From contig CAWCYI010000006.1 in assembly GCA_963799845.1 (NCBI GenBank), forward strand, positions 864,001-928,000: 64,000 bases of DNA, in the 5' to 3' direction. This DNA is from an uncultured Nitrososphaerota archaeon. Its GTDB lineage: Archaea; Thermoproteota; Nitrososphaeria; Nitrososphaerales; CADDZS01. A program made the position numbers and the translations under genes. Shown here piece by piece: positions 63,660 to 64,000 of the stretch; the first letter of the stretch is position 1, and every line of letters begins with the position of its first letter. The notes beneath the pieces are model-generated. The model was not told the origin of the DNA and did not search any database. It worked only from the letters and a program-made list of their open reading frames with translations.

Positions 63660-64000
63660 ATGACGAGAGTCGGAATAGACGCACATAAGAAGAGCTGCAC
63701 CACGCAGGTCTTCGCGGACGGAGAAGAGTCACCCATACAATCCTTCGTCTTCAAGACGAGCAGGGCAGGAGTCTCTGAGATGCTAGCAAAGATTCCGGAC
63801 AAATCTGTATTTGTCATCGAATCTAGCACAACTGGAAAGGCGGTCACGAGAATGATTTCTTCTTTCGCATCAAACCAGCACGTGATTCACATGGTTGCGC
63901 CACCAGAGAAGAAAGCATCTGTGAAAACCGATAAGAGAGACTGCGAGCGTATCGTCAAGGAGGATGCACTGGGCTACTTGAGAAGGTGCTACGTTCCCTC
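63660..64000 (+). CDS. IS110-family recombinase, N-terminal part (runs off the window)
   Basis: MTRVGIDAHKKS...VIESS...KTDKRDC...L..CYVP DEDD motifs; absent from the ORF track because it is truncated. Confidence 0.85.
   Translation, partial: MTRVGIDAHKKSCTTQVFADGEESPIQSFVFKTSRAGVSEMLAKIPDKSVFVIESSTTGKAVTRMISSFASNQHVIHMVAPPEKKASVKTDKRDCERIVKEDALGYLRRCYVP

Overview
This is an archaeal chromosomal window, inferred from the XPB-Bax1 pair, archaeal MutS-like ATPase, DUF3227/NitrOD5-like protein and many PIN/RHH/AbrB modules. A Nitrososphaerota-like lineage is plausible but cannot be proven from the sequence. Bases 1-10 kb hold a catabolic cluster: divergent GcvPA/GcvPB, Fe-S oxidoreductase, EtfBA, Ldh2-family enzyme, two SDRs and an FAD-linked oxidoreductase. 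The rest is a plastic accessory region with modular secreted/surface proteins, at least nine toxin-antitoxin modules or remnants, and six IS elements (IS481, two IS110, an IS1341-type TnpB element, a nested ISH3-like element, IS630). The most striking observation is an IS110/IS1111-type element at 39706-40898. Its 3' non-coding region reads as a bridge RNA whose target-binding loop (GAATTTACT / TTTACTAG) matches a palindromic motif, (G)AATTTACTAGTAAA. That motif recurs in intergenic DNA at least eight times between 35.5 and 55.5 kb, brackets unrelated genes, and is the site the element itself interrupts. Also notable are a structured ~250-nt leader with alternative pairings over the RBS of an NRAMP-related transporter (candidate metal-responsive riboswitch) and combinatorial N/C-terminal domain swapping among surface proteins. 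Many genes carry single frameshifts or in-frame stops, some in homopolymers, so assembly error cannot be separated from real decay. All family calls come from motif recognition by eye; no searches were run.
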